NCBI GenBank assembly: GCA_040754495.1
Contig: JBFMCO010000022.1
Span: forward strand, 18,233-82,232
Length of the DNA stretch: 64,000 bases
Reading direction: 5' to 3'
Source of the DNA: Candidatus Micrarchaeota archaeon
GTDB taxonomy: Archaea > Micrarchaeota > Micrarchaeia > Anstonellales > Bilamarchaeaceae
Positions within the stretch are counted from its first letter, which is position 1. The number at the start of each line of letters is the position of its first letter. Positions 47,856 to 56,850 of this stretch are shown one piece after another. The position numbers and the translations under genes were made by a program. The notes below the pieces were generated by a model that saw only the letters and a program-made list of their open reading frames with translations, ran no database searches and was not told where the DNA came from.

Positions 47856-49133
47856 ATGCACATGGACAATCTCAAATTGCGCAGGGGAAGCGTCGATGAG
47901 AAAGAGGGGAGGGAGGACGCGAAGCCGAAGGAGAAATGGGGCAAGTGGCTTCTTGGAAGCGGAGCGGTCACATCCGTGGCTGCGGCTGCAATCATCGCAA
48001 TCTCGTGCGGCGACTCAAACACGGACCATTACATACCGATCCCGCCTAACGGCAATGTCGACGGCGGGACTACGGAGGACGGAGGCCCGGTCACGGACGG
48101 CGGGGACGAGGACGGCGGGGTTACCGATGGAGGGGATGGGGGGACCTGCACGCCGCCAACGCCATCTTGCGCCACCCAGACGGTCAACGTTCTCATGAAC
48201 GTAGGCGAGCAGCTTGTCGTCGGCGATTACAGGATAAGGCTGGCAGACACGAACGAAGCCGACGGGGAGCAGAGGGCCGTTATCGAGGTCCTGGATTCCT
48301 GCAACCAGCTCATCCGCTCCGAGCCTATTAACGAGGACGGCAGCAAGGTCTTCCAGGTGATGGGCACCGATATAGAGATAGAAGTCAGCGTCACGAACGT
48401 AACGATAACCGGCGCGAAGTCTGCCAGGGTAAGCGCGGAGATGAGATGCACAACCGGCACCGACGGAGGCCCGGTCACGGATGGCGGCCCGGAGACGGAT
48501 GGAGGGCCGACCGAGACTGACGGAGGGCCTGCCGATGCAGGCCCGGACGTCGATGGCGGAGAGACCGATGGCGGGCCTGTTACGGACGGCGGGACCGAAG
48601 AGGACGGTGGCGCCACGGATGGAGGCCCCACTGACGGCGGGCCGGACGTGGACGGCGGGCCTGTCGAGGAGGACGGCGGAGTTAGCGACGGCGGCCCCAC
48701 GGATGCCGGCCCTGACGTCGATGGCGGCGCGGCCGAAGACGGCGGCGTAACCGATGCCGGGCCCGATGTGGACGGCGGGGCTGACGCCGACGCTGGCGTG
48801 ACCGACGGAGGCGCGGATGCCGACGGCGGCACTGTAATCGTCTGCAGCGGCCTGTACAACGAGCACGTTGACAACGGCGAGTTCCCGAGGAACGAGGACG
48901 TGGAGCTGGGCGGATACTACTTCAGGTATGTCTCCTACACGCCAAACACGGCCACGGTCGAAATATACTGCTCGGCCGACAGCTCTCTTGTCAGCGGCGG
49001 GATGACGCTCACGCAGGGGCACGAGGAGACCCTCGAGCTTCCTACAGACGGGAAGCGCATCCGGTTCTTCCTCGAGAACAAGAATACGTTCAGGGCCATA
49101 ATCGACGTAAACGTCGAGGACCTCCCACCCTGA
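47856..49133 (+). CDS. secreted/Cys-anchored protein, family member 5 (extra middle domain, longest D/G/T/P array)
   Basis: SVAAAAIIAISC. Middle domain GDYRIRLADTNEADGEQRAVIEVLDSCN...FQVMGTDIEIEV. About 125 aa of xDGGP-type repeats. C-terminal domain ...ELGGYYFRYVSYTPNTATVEIYC...GKRIRFFLENKNTFRAIIDVNVEDL. Confidence 0.7.
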   Translation: MHMDNLKLRRGSVDEKEGREDAKPKEKWGKWLLGSGAVTSVAAAAIIAISCGDSNTDHYIPIPPNGNVDGGTTEDGGPVTDGGDEDGGVTDGGDGGTCTPPTPSCATQTVNVLMNVGEQLVVGDYRIRLADTNEADGEQRAVIEVLDSCNQLIRSEPINEDGSKVFQVMGTDIEIEVSVTNVTITGAKSARVSAEMRCTTGTDGGPVTDGGPETDGGPTETDGGPADAGPDVDGGETDGGPVTDGGTEEDGGATDGGPTDGGPDVDGGPVEEDGGVSDGGPTDAGPDVDGGAAEDGGVTDAGPDVDGGADADAGVTDGGADADGGTVIVCSGLYNEHVDNGEFPRNEDVELGGYYFRYVSYTPNTATVEIYCSADSSLVSGGMTLTQGHEETLELPTDGKRIRFFLENKNTFRAIIDVNVEDLPP

Positions 49134-49177
49134 TTCTTTTCCTTCAATTTTATAAACTGCCGCAGCGATAGCAGCGC

Positions 49178-49702
49178 ATGCGCATCCCTGAGAGGATAAG
49201 GAGCGAGCTCAAGAAGCCGCTCGGTGCGCTGCACAGGGACTTTCGGGAAATCAGGCGGCTCAGCCGGACCCACAGGGTAATTTCCGTCGGGGACGTCTGC
49301 ACCCTCGGCCTGCTGGCCATGGGCATAAAGCCGCATCTGGCTGTCTTCGACCATCTTTTCATGAGGCACCGCCTCGACCCCGGCATGGTGAGGATTCTGG
49401 AGCTCCATTTCAGGAAGCCAAGGAGATACCGGAACCCGCCCGGAACAATCTCCCGGAAGATACTTGATGATGCGGCAGGGCTCTTGTCGCATGGCGGGGC
49501 CGTGCTCATAGACGGGGAGGAGGACCTCACGGCGCTGGCGTTCATACTTGCCGCTCAGGAAGGGGACGTAGTCATATACGGACAGCCGGGGCAGGGGATG
49601 GTGGTCGTCAAGCCTGATGAGAAGATAAAGAAGAAGGTCAGGGGGTGGCTTTCAGCCGCCGCCGCCCTTGGTCATGAAGTAGAAGGCCATGTAGGCGAAT
49701 AG
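49178..49702 (+). CDS. DUF359 family protein (GTP-dependent dephospho-CoA kinase type)
   Basis: VISVGDVCTLGLL...AVFDHLFMR...YRNPPGTIS...VLIDGEEDLTALAFILAAQEGDVVIYGQPGQGMVVV. TTTTATAAA lies 26 nt upstream of the ATG, suggesting a leaderless transcript. Confidence 0.65.
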   Translation: MRIPERIRSELKKPLGALHRDFREIRRLSRTHRVISVGDVCTLGLLAMGIKPHLAVFDHLFMRHRLDPGMVRILELHFRKPRRYRNPPGTISRKILDDAAGLLSHGGAVLIDGEEDLTALAFILAAQEGDVVIYGQPGQGMVVVKPDEKIKKKVRGWLSAAAALGHEVEGHVGE

Positions 49703-49846
49703 CGTAAGCACGACGGCGATTATTATCTGTGTCTGCTGGTCGAGCATCACCGCCGGCTCAAGAAGGGAGGTGCCTAGGAACGTCACTCCTGCCCCTATGC
49801 CCAGGGAGATGACCAGGAGGATGATGTTCTTAAGCGTGCTTCCCAT
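49652..49846 (-). CDS. small two-helix membrane protein (64 aa)
   Basis: ORF track: ILLVISLGIGAGVTFLG and IIIAVVLTLFAYMAFYF. Overlaps the 3' end of the convergent gene. Confidence 0.4.
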   Translation of the reverse strand: MGSTLKNIILLVISLGIGAGVTFLGTSLLEPAVMLDQQTQIIIAVVLTLFAYMAFYFMTKGGGG

Positions 49847-49858
49847 CGTCGCACCGCA

Positions 49859-50110
49859 TTACTGGGACTGAACTGACGGGCCTTTCGTGACTACTATCAC
49901 GTCCTCGACTGATTTGACGTTCTTGTAGAGTATGCTCTTTTCGCGGAGCGCCTTCTTCGCGTCGTCCTTGCCCGCAGGGAGCGGCTCGATGAGAATCCTA
50001 GATACCTCGCCGCCCTCCAGGTCGACTATGAAGTCCTGGGCGTTGCCGATGAACTTCCCGGAGTCCGTGAAGATGTCCATGCCGTAGAGTCTGGATAGCT
50101 TCGTGCTCAT
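49859..50110 (-). CDS. PRC-barrel domain protein
   Basis: LYGMDIFTDSGKFIGNAQDFIVDLEGGEVSRILIE is a PRC-barrel pattern. 83 aa. Confidence 0.6.
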   Translation of the reverse strand: MSTKLSRLYGMDIFTDSGKFIGNAQDFIVDLEGGEVSRILIEPLPAGKDDAKKALREKSILYKNVKSVEDVIVVTKGPSVQSQ

Positions 50111-50176
50111 TCTAGATCACCTTGCGTTCCTAATCGCTGAACAAATTAAAAAACCTTCCCTCATACCAATACGACG

Positions 50177-50794
50177 ATGGAACGGGAAATGCTCGCATAT
50201 GCAGGGTACGTCGTTTTCTTCGCCCTTCTTGTCGGCTCAGTGTTCGCAGTGCCTTGGCTCGCTTTCACAAGCGACATGGACGCGGCTTATAAGGCATTCT
50301 CATTTACCTGCCACCAGAAGCTTTCGCGCTCGCTCTGCCTCTTTGGCGGCGGAAGCGGTTACTGGATAGCCGACTGCACCCCGCAGGAAGGCGCTTTCAT
50401 CCCGGGCGCGAGCGACAGGACGGCCGTGAAGGTCGTTGCGGACTCGGTCACCGGATACAAGATGCCGGTCTGCTCGCGCGATGTTGGGCTCTATGCCGTG
50501 ATGCTCCTTGGCGGCCTCGTTTACCCCTTCGTCCGGAGGCTTGATGACGGGGCCATGTACCCGGCGGTTTTCCTTGTGCTCGCAATCGTGCCGCTGGGAA
50601 TCGACGGCAGCCTGCAGCTCGTGTCTGAGCTCGGGCTCCTGCCTTTCATATACGAGAGCACCAACATTATACGGCTCGCTACCGGCGCGATAGCCGGATT
50701 CGCAGCCGCATTCTACGCGATACCGGTGCTGGCCAATCTCGTAAGCCCTGCCGAGGCGGGGCCGGCGGCTCCGGCGAAGCGGAAAAATCAGTAG
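50177..50794 (+). CDS. DUF2085-type membrane protein
   Basis: FSFTCHQKLSRSLCLFG...MPVCSRDVGLYAVMLLGG. Multi-pass. Confidence 0.6.
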   Translation: MEREMLAYAGYVVFFALLVGSVFAVPWLAFTSDMDAAYKAFSFTCHQKLSRSLCLFGGGSGYWIADCTPQEGAFIPGASDRTAVKVVADSVTGYKMPVCSRDVGLYAVMLLGGLVYPFVRRLDDGAMYPAVFLVLAIVPLGIDGSLQLVSELGLLPFIYESTNIIRLATGAIAGFAAAFYAIPVLANLVSPAEAGPAAPAKRKNQ

Positions 50795-52029
50795 TCGGCA
50801 AGGCTCTTCTGGCTCCTGTCCACCGCCTTCCTCGCCGCCTGCAAATCGTCGAGGACCAGCTGGCCGAAGACGCCGTCGTAGCCGGGCACCCACTTCACCT
50901 TTCCGGTGTTCACCCGCACGAGGGCGTCGGCTATGTCCTTCCCGGTCGCGAGCCGGAGCTGCTCCTCCGGCGCCTCATAGACTGCGAACTCGTTGCCGAA
51001 ATAGCGGATGAGCTTGGAATATTCCTCCGCGACCAGGGCTGAGGTCTCCGGCTTCTTCATCGCCTTCGAAATGACCGTGGTCAGGGGGACGATGTACTGG
51101 AACGGCACGGCATCAGCCGGCCTGAAGCCGGCCTTGCGGTCTGCAAGGTCGCTCACCCGATGGAGCACGCCTATCGTGAGCTTCTTCCTGCACACCGGGC
51201 AGATGTTCCCCTTCGCCTTGGATTCCGCTGGCGAGAGGAGCACCTTGCAGTCCCTGTGGCCGTCGAAATGGTACTTGCCCTCCTCGGGATAGAACTCGTA
51301 CGTCTTGAGGAGCCCCTTCCTGCTCTTGATTGCGTCAGTGACGGATTTGTATGTGGGTTCGCCGAGCTCGAAGACGTTGGCCTCGCGGCCGAGCTTCTCC
51401 GGGCTGTGCGCGTCGCTGTTCGAGAGGAGCGTGAAGCGGTCGAGCCCGCTCACGGTCCAGTTCATGGCAGGGTCGCTTGAGAGGCCGGTCTCGAGCGCGT
51501 AAATCCTGCGCGCCTTCTCCTCGAACGCCTCCTCGACCGAATCCACCCCGCCCCGCGAGCCGAATACCGAGAACCAGGGCGTCCAGGCATGGGCGGGGAT
51601 TATCATGATGTCTTCCGAGATGGAGAACAGCTCGTCGGCAAGGGCCGCGCTCGACATCATGAGCGTCGGCCGCCCGTCCTCTTTCAGGTTGCCATGATGC
51701 GAGAGCCGCTCGTTTACCTGCGCGACGATATCAAGGGAAGGTGCAAGGAGCACATGGTGCATGCGGCGGTTCTTCCCGCGGTAGTCGTAGGTCACGCTCA
51801 CTTCCGTGGAGAGTATGAAGCGGATGCCGCCAAAAGAGAACAGCCCGCTCCCGTCCTCCTGCAAATCGCGCCTGAGCTCGGAGAAATACCCCGGGTGGGT
51901 GAAATCCCCTGTGCCCATCAGGCTTATGCCCTTCACCTTCGCGCCTTCGGTGAGGCCGGATATGTCGCAGCGCGGGCTGGTGGCGCGTGCGTATTTGCTG
52001 TGCACGTGGAAGTCAGCGATTATCCGCAT
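50788..52029 (-). CDS. PHP-domain nuclease, endonuclease Q (EndoQ/TIGR00375)-like
   Basis: MRIIADFHVHSKYARATS...GISLMGTGDFTHP at the N-terminus, a later Zn-ribbon CPVCRKKLTIGVLHRV, and about 413 aa, as in archaeal EndoQ. Confidence 0.6.
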   Translation of the reverse strand: MRIIADFHVHSKYARATSPRCDISGLTEGAKVKGISLMGTGDFTHPGYFSELRRDLQEDGSGLFSFGGIRFILSTEVSVTYDYRGKNRRMHHVLLAPSLDIVAQVNERLSHHGNLKEDGRPTLMMSSAALADELFSISEDIMIIPAHAWTPWFSVFGSRGGVDSVEEAFEEKARRIYALETGLSSDPAMNWTVSGLDRFTLLSNSDAHSPEKLGREANVFELGEPTYKSVTDAIKSRKGLLKTYEFYPEEGKYHFDGHRDCKVLLSPAESKAKGNICPVCRKKLTIGVLHRVSDLADRKAGFRPADAVPFQYIVPLTTVISKAMKKPETSALVAEEYSKLIRYFGNEFAVYEAPEEQLRLATGKDIADALVRVNTGKVKWVPGYDGVFGQLVLDDLQAARKAVDRSQKSLADY

Positions 52030-52080
52030 CGGCTGGAAAAGGCGGCCAAACTATTTAAAGAGCCCCTGCGATATGCGCTC

Positions 52081-52845
52081 ATGGGAGGAAAGAGGAAGGC
52101 GGAGCCCGTGCCATCGCGCAGCCCGTCAACGGCAATGCGTCCCTTCGAAAACGCTTTCGAAAGGGCATTCGGGATGAAGACCGGAGACATCGGAAAGAGC
52201 TGGGAGGGGGCCAAGTCACTCTTCAACCATGGAAAGGCCGAACCCGCCATGAAGGAGCTCCTCGAGCGCGCGGACGAGCGGCTCGGATACGCCCTCATCG
52301 GAGCCGGATGCCTGCTCCTTTTCGTCCTCACCTTCGCCGCCTCGGCCGAATACGTGCATGTGGTCAATTTCGAGTCCAGGACGGTAGGCGACATAGTCGG
52401 GGAGCAGCTTCCGACGCTGGACCCGCCCATACTCATTCCCATAGCGGCTTATTCGTTCATCCTCCACGCCGTCCTGACCTTTGCCCTCAATCTGGCGCAG
52501 GAGTTCGCGGCGTTCCACATCGCGAGGCTGACCGGGGGGACCGGGACTTTCAGGCAGCAGCTTTATCTTTCCTCGGTGGTGTGGCTGGCCGTGTCGATGT
52601 CCTGGTCCGTGACGCTCCTCGGGCCGCTATACTGCCTTGCGTTCGTGGCGATAGCGTCCCTCATCCTCGTCACCTTCCTCTACCTCATGGTCTACATGAA
52701 CGGGAGGGCGTATGCGATAGCGCACAACATCTCCCTCCTTCACGGAGCGACGATAGCATTCGTGCTCGTAGTCCCGAAGATAGCCATCTGGATGCTCGCC
52801 TCCTCGGCGCTCGCCACCCTGATGGGCCTCCCGATAGGTGCCTGA
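52081..52845 (+). CDS. multi-pass membrane protein, hypothetical
   Basis: In-frame ATG at 52081. The ORF-track upstream part is antisense to the EndoQ-like gene. At least five hydrophobic segments. Confidence 0.5.
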   Translation: MGGKRKAEPVPSRSPSTAMRPFENAFERAFGMKTGDIGKSWEGAKSLFNHGKAEPAMKELLERADERLGYALIGAGCLLLFVLTFAASAEYVHVVNFESRTVGDIVGEQLPTLDPPILIPIAAYSFILHAVLTFALNLAQEFAAFHIARLTGGTGTFRQQLYLSSVVWLAVSMSWSVTLLGPLYCLAFVAIASLILVTFLYLMVYMNGRAYAIAHNISLLHGATIAFVLVVPKIAIWMLASSALATLMGLPIGA

Positions 52846-52846
52846 C

Positions 52847-53803
52847 ATGCCGTTCGACCCGAAAAAATTCATAGCCCAGGCGGAGAAGGAAATCGCGAAG
52901 ACCCTTGGCAGGGAAACCGCCGTCACCGCAGTCTCTGGCGGAGTGGATTCGTTCGTTGCCGCGACGCTCGCGGCAAGGGCATCCCCCGGCCAGGTCCACA
53001 TCGTCTATGTGGACAACGGCCTGATGCGGAAGAATGAAACCGAGAAGGTCAGGTCCGCGGCCCGCGCGCTCGGCGTCGAGCTGCACGTCCTTGACGGCAG
53101 GGCGAGGTTCCTCGGGGCGCTTGCAGGAGTAGCCGAGCCCGAGGCCAAGCGGAAAATCATAGGAGAGGTCTTCGTGAGGATGTTCGAGGAGGAGGCGAAA
53201 AAGCTCAACGCCGCCTTCCTCATCCAGGGCACCATCGCACCCGACTGGATAGAAAGCGGAGGCATGGGCCGCGACACGATAAAGAGCCACCACAACGTGG
53301 GCGGGCTGCCCGAGAAAATGCACCTCAAGCTGTGCGAGCCTCTGCGCGAGCTGTACAAGCACGAGGTCCGGATGGTCGGGAAGGAGCTCGGGCTCCCGGA
53401 GAGCATATACCAGAGGCAGCCGTTCCCGGGCCCGGGCCTCGGCGTCCGCATAGTGGGGGAGGTCACCGCGGAGAAGGTGCTGATTGTGCAGGATGCGTGC
53501 GACATCGCCGAGACCGAGATAGACGCCGCGGTCGCGGCCGGGAAGATGGAGAGGCCGTGGCAGTATTTCGCTGCTCTCCTGCCCTCGAAGACCGTAGGCG
53601 TGCGCGGGGACGAAAGGGCGTACCAGTATACGGTCGTCGTCCGCGCGGTCCGCTCTCTTGACGGCATGACCGCGAATTTTTCCCACATCCCGCCCGAGGT
53701 TCTCGAGAGGATTTCCACGCGGATAACGAACGAAATCAGGACGGTGGGGCGCGTGGTCTACGACATCACGAACAAGCCGCCCGGGACGATAGAGATGGAG
53801 TGA
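52847..53803 (+). CDS. guaA: GMP synthase (glutamine-hydrolysing) subunit B, ATP-pyrophosphatase
   Basis: AVTAVSGGVDSFVAA (PP-loop), KSHHNVGGLPE, QRQPFPGPGLGVRI, ends TIEME. The ATG at 52847 directly follows the upstream stop. Confidence 0.85.
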   Translation: MPFDPKKFIAQAEKEIAKTLGRETAVTAVSGGVDSFVAATLAARASPGQVHIVYVDNGLMRKNETEKVRSAARALGVELHVLDGRARFLGALAGVAEPEAKRKIIGEVFVRMFEEEAKKLNAAFLIQGTIAPDWIESGGMGRDTIKSHHNVGGLPEKMHLKLCEPLRELYKHEVRMVGKELGLPESIYQRQPFPGPGLGVRIVGEVTAEKVLIVQDACDIAETEIDAAVAAGKMERPWQYFAALLPSKTVGVRGDERAYQYTVVVRAVRSLDGMTANFSHIPPEVLERISTRITNEIRTVGRVVYDITNKPPGTIEME

Positions 53804-53812
53804 CGGAGTGGC

Positions 53813-54793
53813 CTAGACGAGGGACGGCTCGATGGATACCGGCCACTTCGTCCCCTGCGGCCCGGCGACCAGCCCGCTTTTTATCAGCTTGGCCCTGCCG
53901 CATGCCTGGTGCAATGCCGAATGGATGTCGTCCTTGAAGAACCAGGACTCGAAAAAATTGTTGCCCTGCGGATAGAACGAGGCAAGCTCTGCAAGGGTCC
54001 CGAGCACCCCGTTCGAGATGTCATGCAGGCAAAAGCCATGGTAATCCTCGAAATATGCGAAATAGGAAGGATTCGCCCTCGAATAGTGCCGCAGCATGGC
54101 AGCATACATCAGGGAAAGGAGCGCAAGCGACTCCTCGGGGTTTGCGGAAAGCTCGTTCGCAAATGCGAACGCCCTCCGAAGCCTTATTCCGAGCACCTCG
54201 AAAAAAACGACGTTCCCCCCGCATGCATGATAATTGGCTTCAGGATGCGGGATTATGATGCCGGACAGCTCCATGTCTCTCATCGCCTCATCAAGGTCCG
54301 GGCAGGAAGCGCGCTCGGACGAGTCGAACTTCGCCTGGATGGCATCGCGCTCGCCGCGTCCATCGGCCTCGTAATACCGCCGCATGAAATCGGCACGGCG
54401 CGCGATGACGCCCGTCCCGTCCTCCACGTAGCCGGAGTACATGGCCGAGACCGCCCGGCCGCCGAGGGCGGATATACGGAGCTCGCGCGCATCGATGAAA
54501 TTTTGGGGGAACATGCTCCTGGCAAAACGCAGGGCGAGGAAGCGCATGACGTGGTTGGCCGGCTCCCGCGGCGAAACCTGGTACGGGGAGACGTATTTTC
54601 CATCGGCGTGGTACAGCTGGAAACTCATACCCCGGGCGCCGTCCATATCCTGCAGCCGCTCGACCATGCCGGAATATCTCCCGGAAAGCATGCGGCTGAC
54701 GCTGGCCTCGTCGGTCCGGCAAAACGGCTCGCGCTCTCCCCGGACAGGCTGCGCGCAGCGTATCCGCGGGCGGGCCCGGCTGGTCCCATCCAT
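53813..54793 (-). CDS. hypothetical protein (326 aa)
   Basis: ORF track, ATG start. No motif recognised. The antisense 304-aa ORF is judged a shadow. Confidence 0.45.
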   Translation of the reverse strand: MDGTSRARPRIRCAQPVRGEREPFCRTDEASVSRMLSGRYSGMVERLQDMDGARGMSFQLYHADGKYVSPYQVSPREPANHVMRFLALRFARSMFPQNFIDARELRISALGGRAVSAMYSGYVEDGTGVIARRADFMRRYYEADGRGERDAIQAKFDSSERASCPDLDEAMRDMELSGIIIPHPEANYHACGGNVVFFEVLGIRLRRAFAFANELSANPEESLALLSLMYAAMLRHYSRANPSYFAYFEDYHGFCLHDISNGVLGTLAELASFYPQGNNFFESWFFKDDIHSALHQACGRAKLIKSGLVAGPQGTKWPVSIEPSLV

Positions 54794-54819
54794 GTTATAC
54801 TAAGTAGTTTGACGTGTTT

Positions 54820-55407
54820 TTAAATGGGCTGCCATGCGCGTTCGGCGGCGGACAGCCGGTGCCGGCCGCCCGGCACGATGCTCCTCCTGAAGGCCATGCG
54901 CAGGGACTGCTCGCCATCGTCGTTGTGGGCCAGCCTCAGGCCGGCCGCTTCCAGCGTTGGGCGTATGCACCCGGCAAATGCCTTCATTGCATCCCTGTCG
55001 CGGAAGTTCTCGACGCTCCGTATCGCAGCCCCGCCCCGCGTGAGCACCATGCAGCCGCCCCCGGATTTCCCCAGCCACAGCTCGGCCGCGGTTATTTGCC
55101 CGTAGGTAAGCCTCTTCGGGCCCATGCCGAGCGTCGGCTGGATGAGCAGCCCCTCCTCGAACACCCTGAGCGGCACCTTGAAGAGGAGGCCGTTCGACTT
55201 CAGGTACATGCCGAAGAATCCCATGAACGCGAGCCCGCTCAGGGCGAATACGAATGCCGTAGGGGCCGCGCCGGAAAGGGGCTCGTGAGGGGAGGCGAGG
55301 ATGTATATGGGGATGACCAGCAGCGGCATGAAGGAGAGTGCAAGCACCACGAGCCCGGCTGAGCTGTGGTCTTGCGAATAGTCCCTTGCGTCAGCGACCA
55401 TCTTCAT
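54820..55407 (-). CDS. membrane protein, hypothetical
   Basis: ATG at 55407 (TTG 55413 in track). Two N-terminal hydrophobic helices, then a soluble domain. Confidence 0.45.
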   Translation of the reverse strand: MKMVADARDYSQDHSSAGLVVLALSFMPLLVIPIYILASPHEPLSGAAPTAFVFALSGLAFMGFFGMYLKSNGLLFKVPLRVFEEGLLIQPTLGMGPKRLTYGQITAAELWLGKSGGGCMVLTRGGAAIRSVENFRDRDAMKAFAGCIRPTLEAAGLRLAHNDDGEQSLRMAFRRSIVPGGRHRLSAAERAWQPI

Positions 55408-55424
55408 GGGCAAACCATCCGGGG

Positions 55425-55703
55425 TCAGATGCTCTCGAGCAGCCTGAGGAACCTGGAATGCAGCGGCGTCGAGCCATCCAGCCGCAGCTCCGAAACGTTC
55501 CTGGCGACACGCATGTCTAGGTCGGCCCGCGCCATCGCTTGCGCGCCGCCCGTCCTCGCGCCCTCTGCCGGGGTGCGCACGTGCCTCGCGGCCCTCCCGA
55601 GGGAGTCGAGCGCGCCATGGAGCTCCCGCTCCTCCCTCCTTATTGAAGGCAGCTGCCGCTCGGCCTGCTTCGGGGCAACTCTTTCGCGGAACGTCTCCAC
55701 CAT
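55425..55703 (-). CDS. small hypothetical protein (92 aa)
   Basis: ORF track, ATG start with GTTAAAAAG just upstream. Charged helical composition. Confidence 0.35.
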   Translation of the reverse strand: MVETFRERVAPKQAERQLPSIRREERELHGALDSLGRAARHVRTPAEGARTGGAQAMARADLDMRVARNVSELRLDGSTPLHSRFLRLLESI

Positions 55704-55822
55704 GTTCCCACTTTTTAACGTTTATTGCGATAAATTAGTGCATGAAAGAGTTTTAATGCCTATCGAGCGCCTATTGGGGTGCGTATCATAGGTTTAATTG
55801 TCTTCACGCATATGAATAGTGC

Positions 55823-56245
55823 GTGAGAAAAAGTCTTGTCCGGAGCGATGAGGAATTCGGCCAGGGTATGCGGCTCCTCGAGCGCGACCTGGGCAACGTC
55901 TTCAGGAATGCCCAGAACGCCCCTCCCGAGCAGCGGGCGTGGGCGCGGGACGTGCTGGAGGAGGCGGCGAGAATCGCAAGGAGCGGCGGCGACAGGCGGA
56001 GCCTTGAGCGCATGCTCCGCTCTCCGCCAAGCGGCGTATCGGCACAGCTCGTTTCCGCCCTCGCGACTGCGGCGAATTCTGCGCTCTCGCTTCCGGATAC
56101 GCAGCAGCAGAGGGCGGCCGTTGGCAGCGAGCTTGAAAATGCCGCGTCCCAGCTTTACAGCGGCCACCTTCCGGGGCAGGGGCCTCCGGCCGGCATGCTC
56201 GAGCATTACCGGCGCGTGATGAAAAGCACGCCGCGGAAGCAGTGA
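55823..56245 (+). CDS. hypothetical protein (140 aa; start uncertain)
   Basis: ORF track (GTG start; ATG at 55868). Precedes the TPR gene on the same strand. Confidence 0.35.
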   Translation: MRKSLVRSDEEFGQGMRLLERDLGNVFRNAQNAPPEQRAWARDVLEEAARIARSGGDRRSLERMLRSPPSGVSAQLVSALATAANSALSLPDTQQQRAAVGSELENAASQLYSGHLPGQGPPAGMLEHYRRVMKSTPRKQ

Positions 56246-56275
56246 TTAAGTTACTTTCGGCGCCTTGTTCTCTCC

Positions 56276-56782
56276 ATGGAAGGGATAGAGGAGGCGAAGG
56301 GGCTCGTCGTCCAGCAGCGCTACCGGGAGGCGGCCGACGCCCTCGACCGCATGCTCGCAACCGATAGCGGCCGGGACGACCTGTGGTACCTGCGGGGCAT
56401 CGTCTCGCTGAAGATGAAGAACTACGACGCGGCCCTGGAGTGCTTCGAGCGCGCCCTCCTGCTCGGCCGCCGCTCGCGCTATTATCAGATAAAGGGTATG
56501 GCCCATTTCGAGCTCTTCGAGATGGACCAGGCCGTGGAGGCCTTCGGCGAGGCCCTCGCCATAGAGCCCAAGGACGCCACCACCAATTTCTTCCTGGCCA
56601 TCTGCTACATGTTCATGGACGACCCGCGCTCGGATGCGCACATACGCCGCGCGCGAGAGCTTGATGGCCGCAAGACAAGGCAGCTCCTGCTGAACTTCTA
56701 CACGCTCTTCATGAAGGACGACCCACGCATCAACGATGCGCAGAAGAAGAGGATTGAAGAGCGCATGAATGGGCTGAAGTGA
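56276..56782 (+). CDS. TPR-repeat protein
   Basis: Repeats such as WYLRGIVSLKMKNYDAALECFERALLL and YQIKGMAHFELFEMDQAVEAFGEALAIEP. Confidence 0.65.
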   Translation: MEGIEEAKGLVVQQRYREAADALDRMLATDSGRDDLWYLRGIVSLKMKNYDAALECFERALLLGRRSRYYQIKGMAHFELFEMDQAVEAFGEALAIEPKDATTNFFLAICYMFMDDPRSDAHIRRARELDGRKTRQLLLNFYTLFMKDDPRINDAQKKRIEERMNGLK

Positions 56783-56850
56783 AACGTGATTAGGCTTTTC
56801 CCTAATGAAATCCCCGCTTTTTAAGTGAAGAAAACGCAGTATAATCGGTC

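Noticed and set aside
48465-48830. Periodic GACGGCGG-containing repeats as a CRISPR array or satellite
   Set aside because: The repeats are short, degenerate, in frame and translate to xDGGP linker peptides within a well-supported ORF. There is no repeat-spacer architecture.
51589-52080. Upstream 164 codons of ORF 51589..52845
   Set aside because: Antisense to the EndoQ-like gene. The membrane protein plausibly starts at ATG 52081, after the divergent promoter region.
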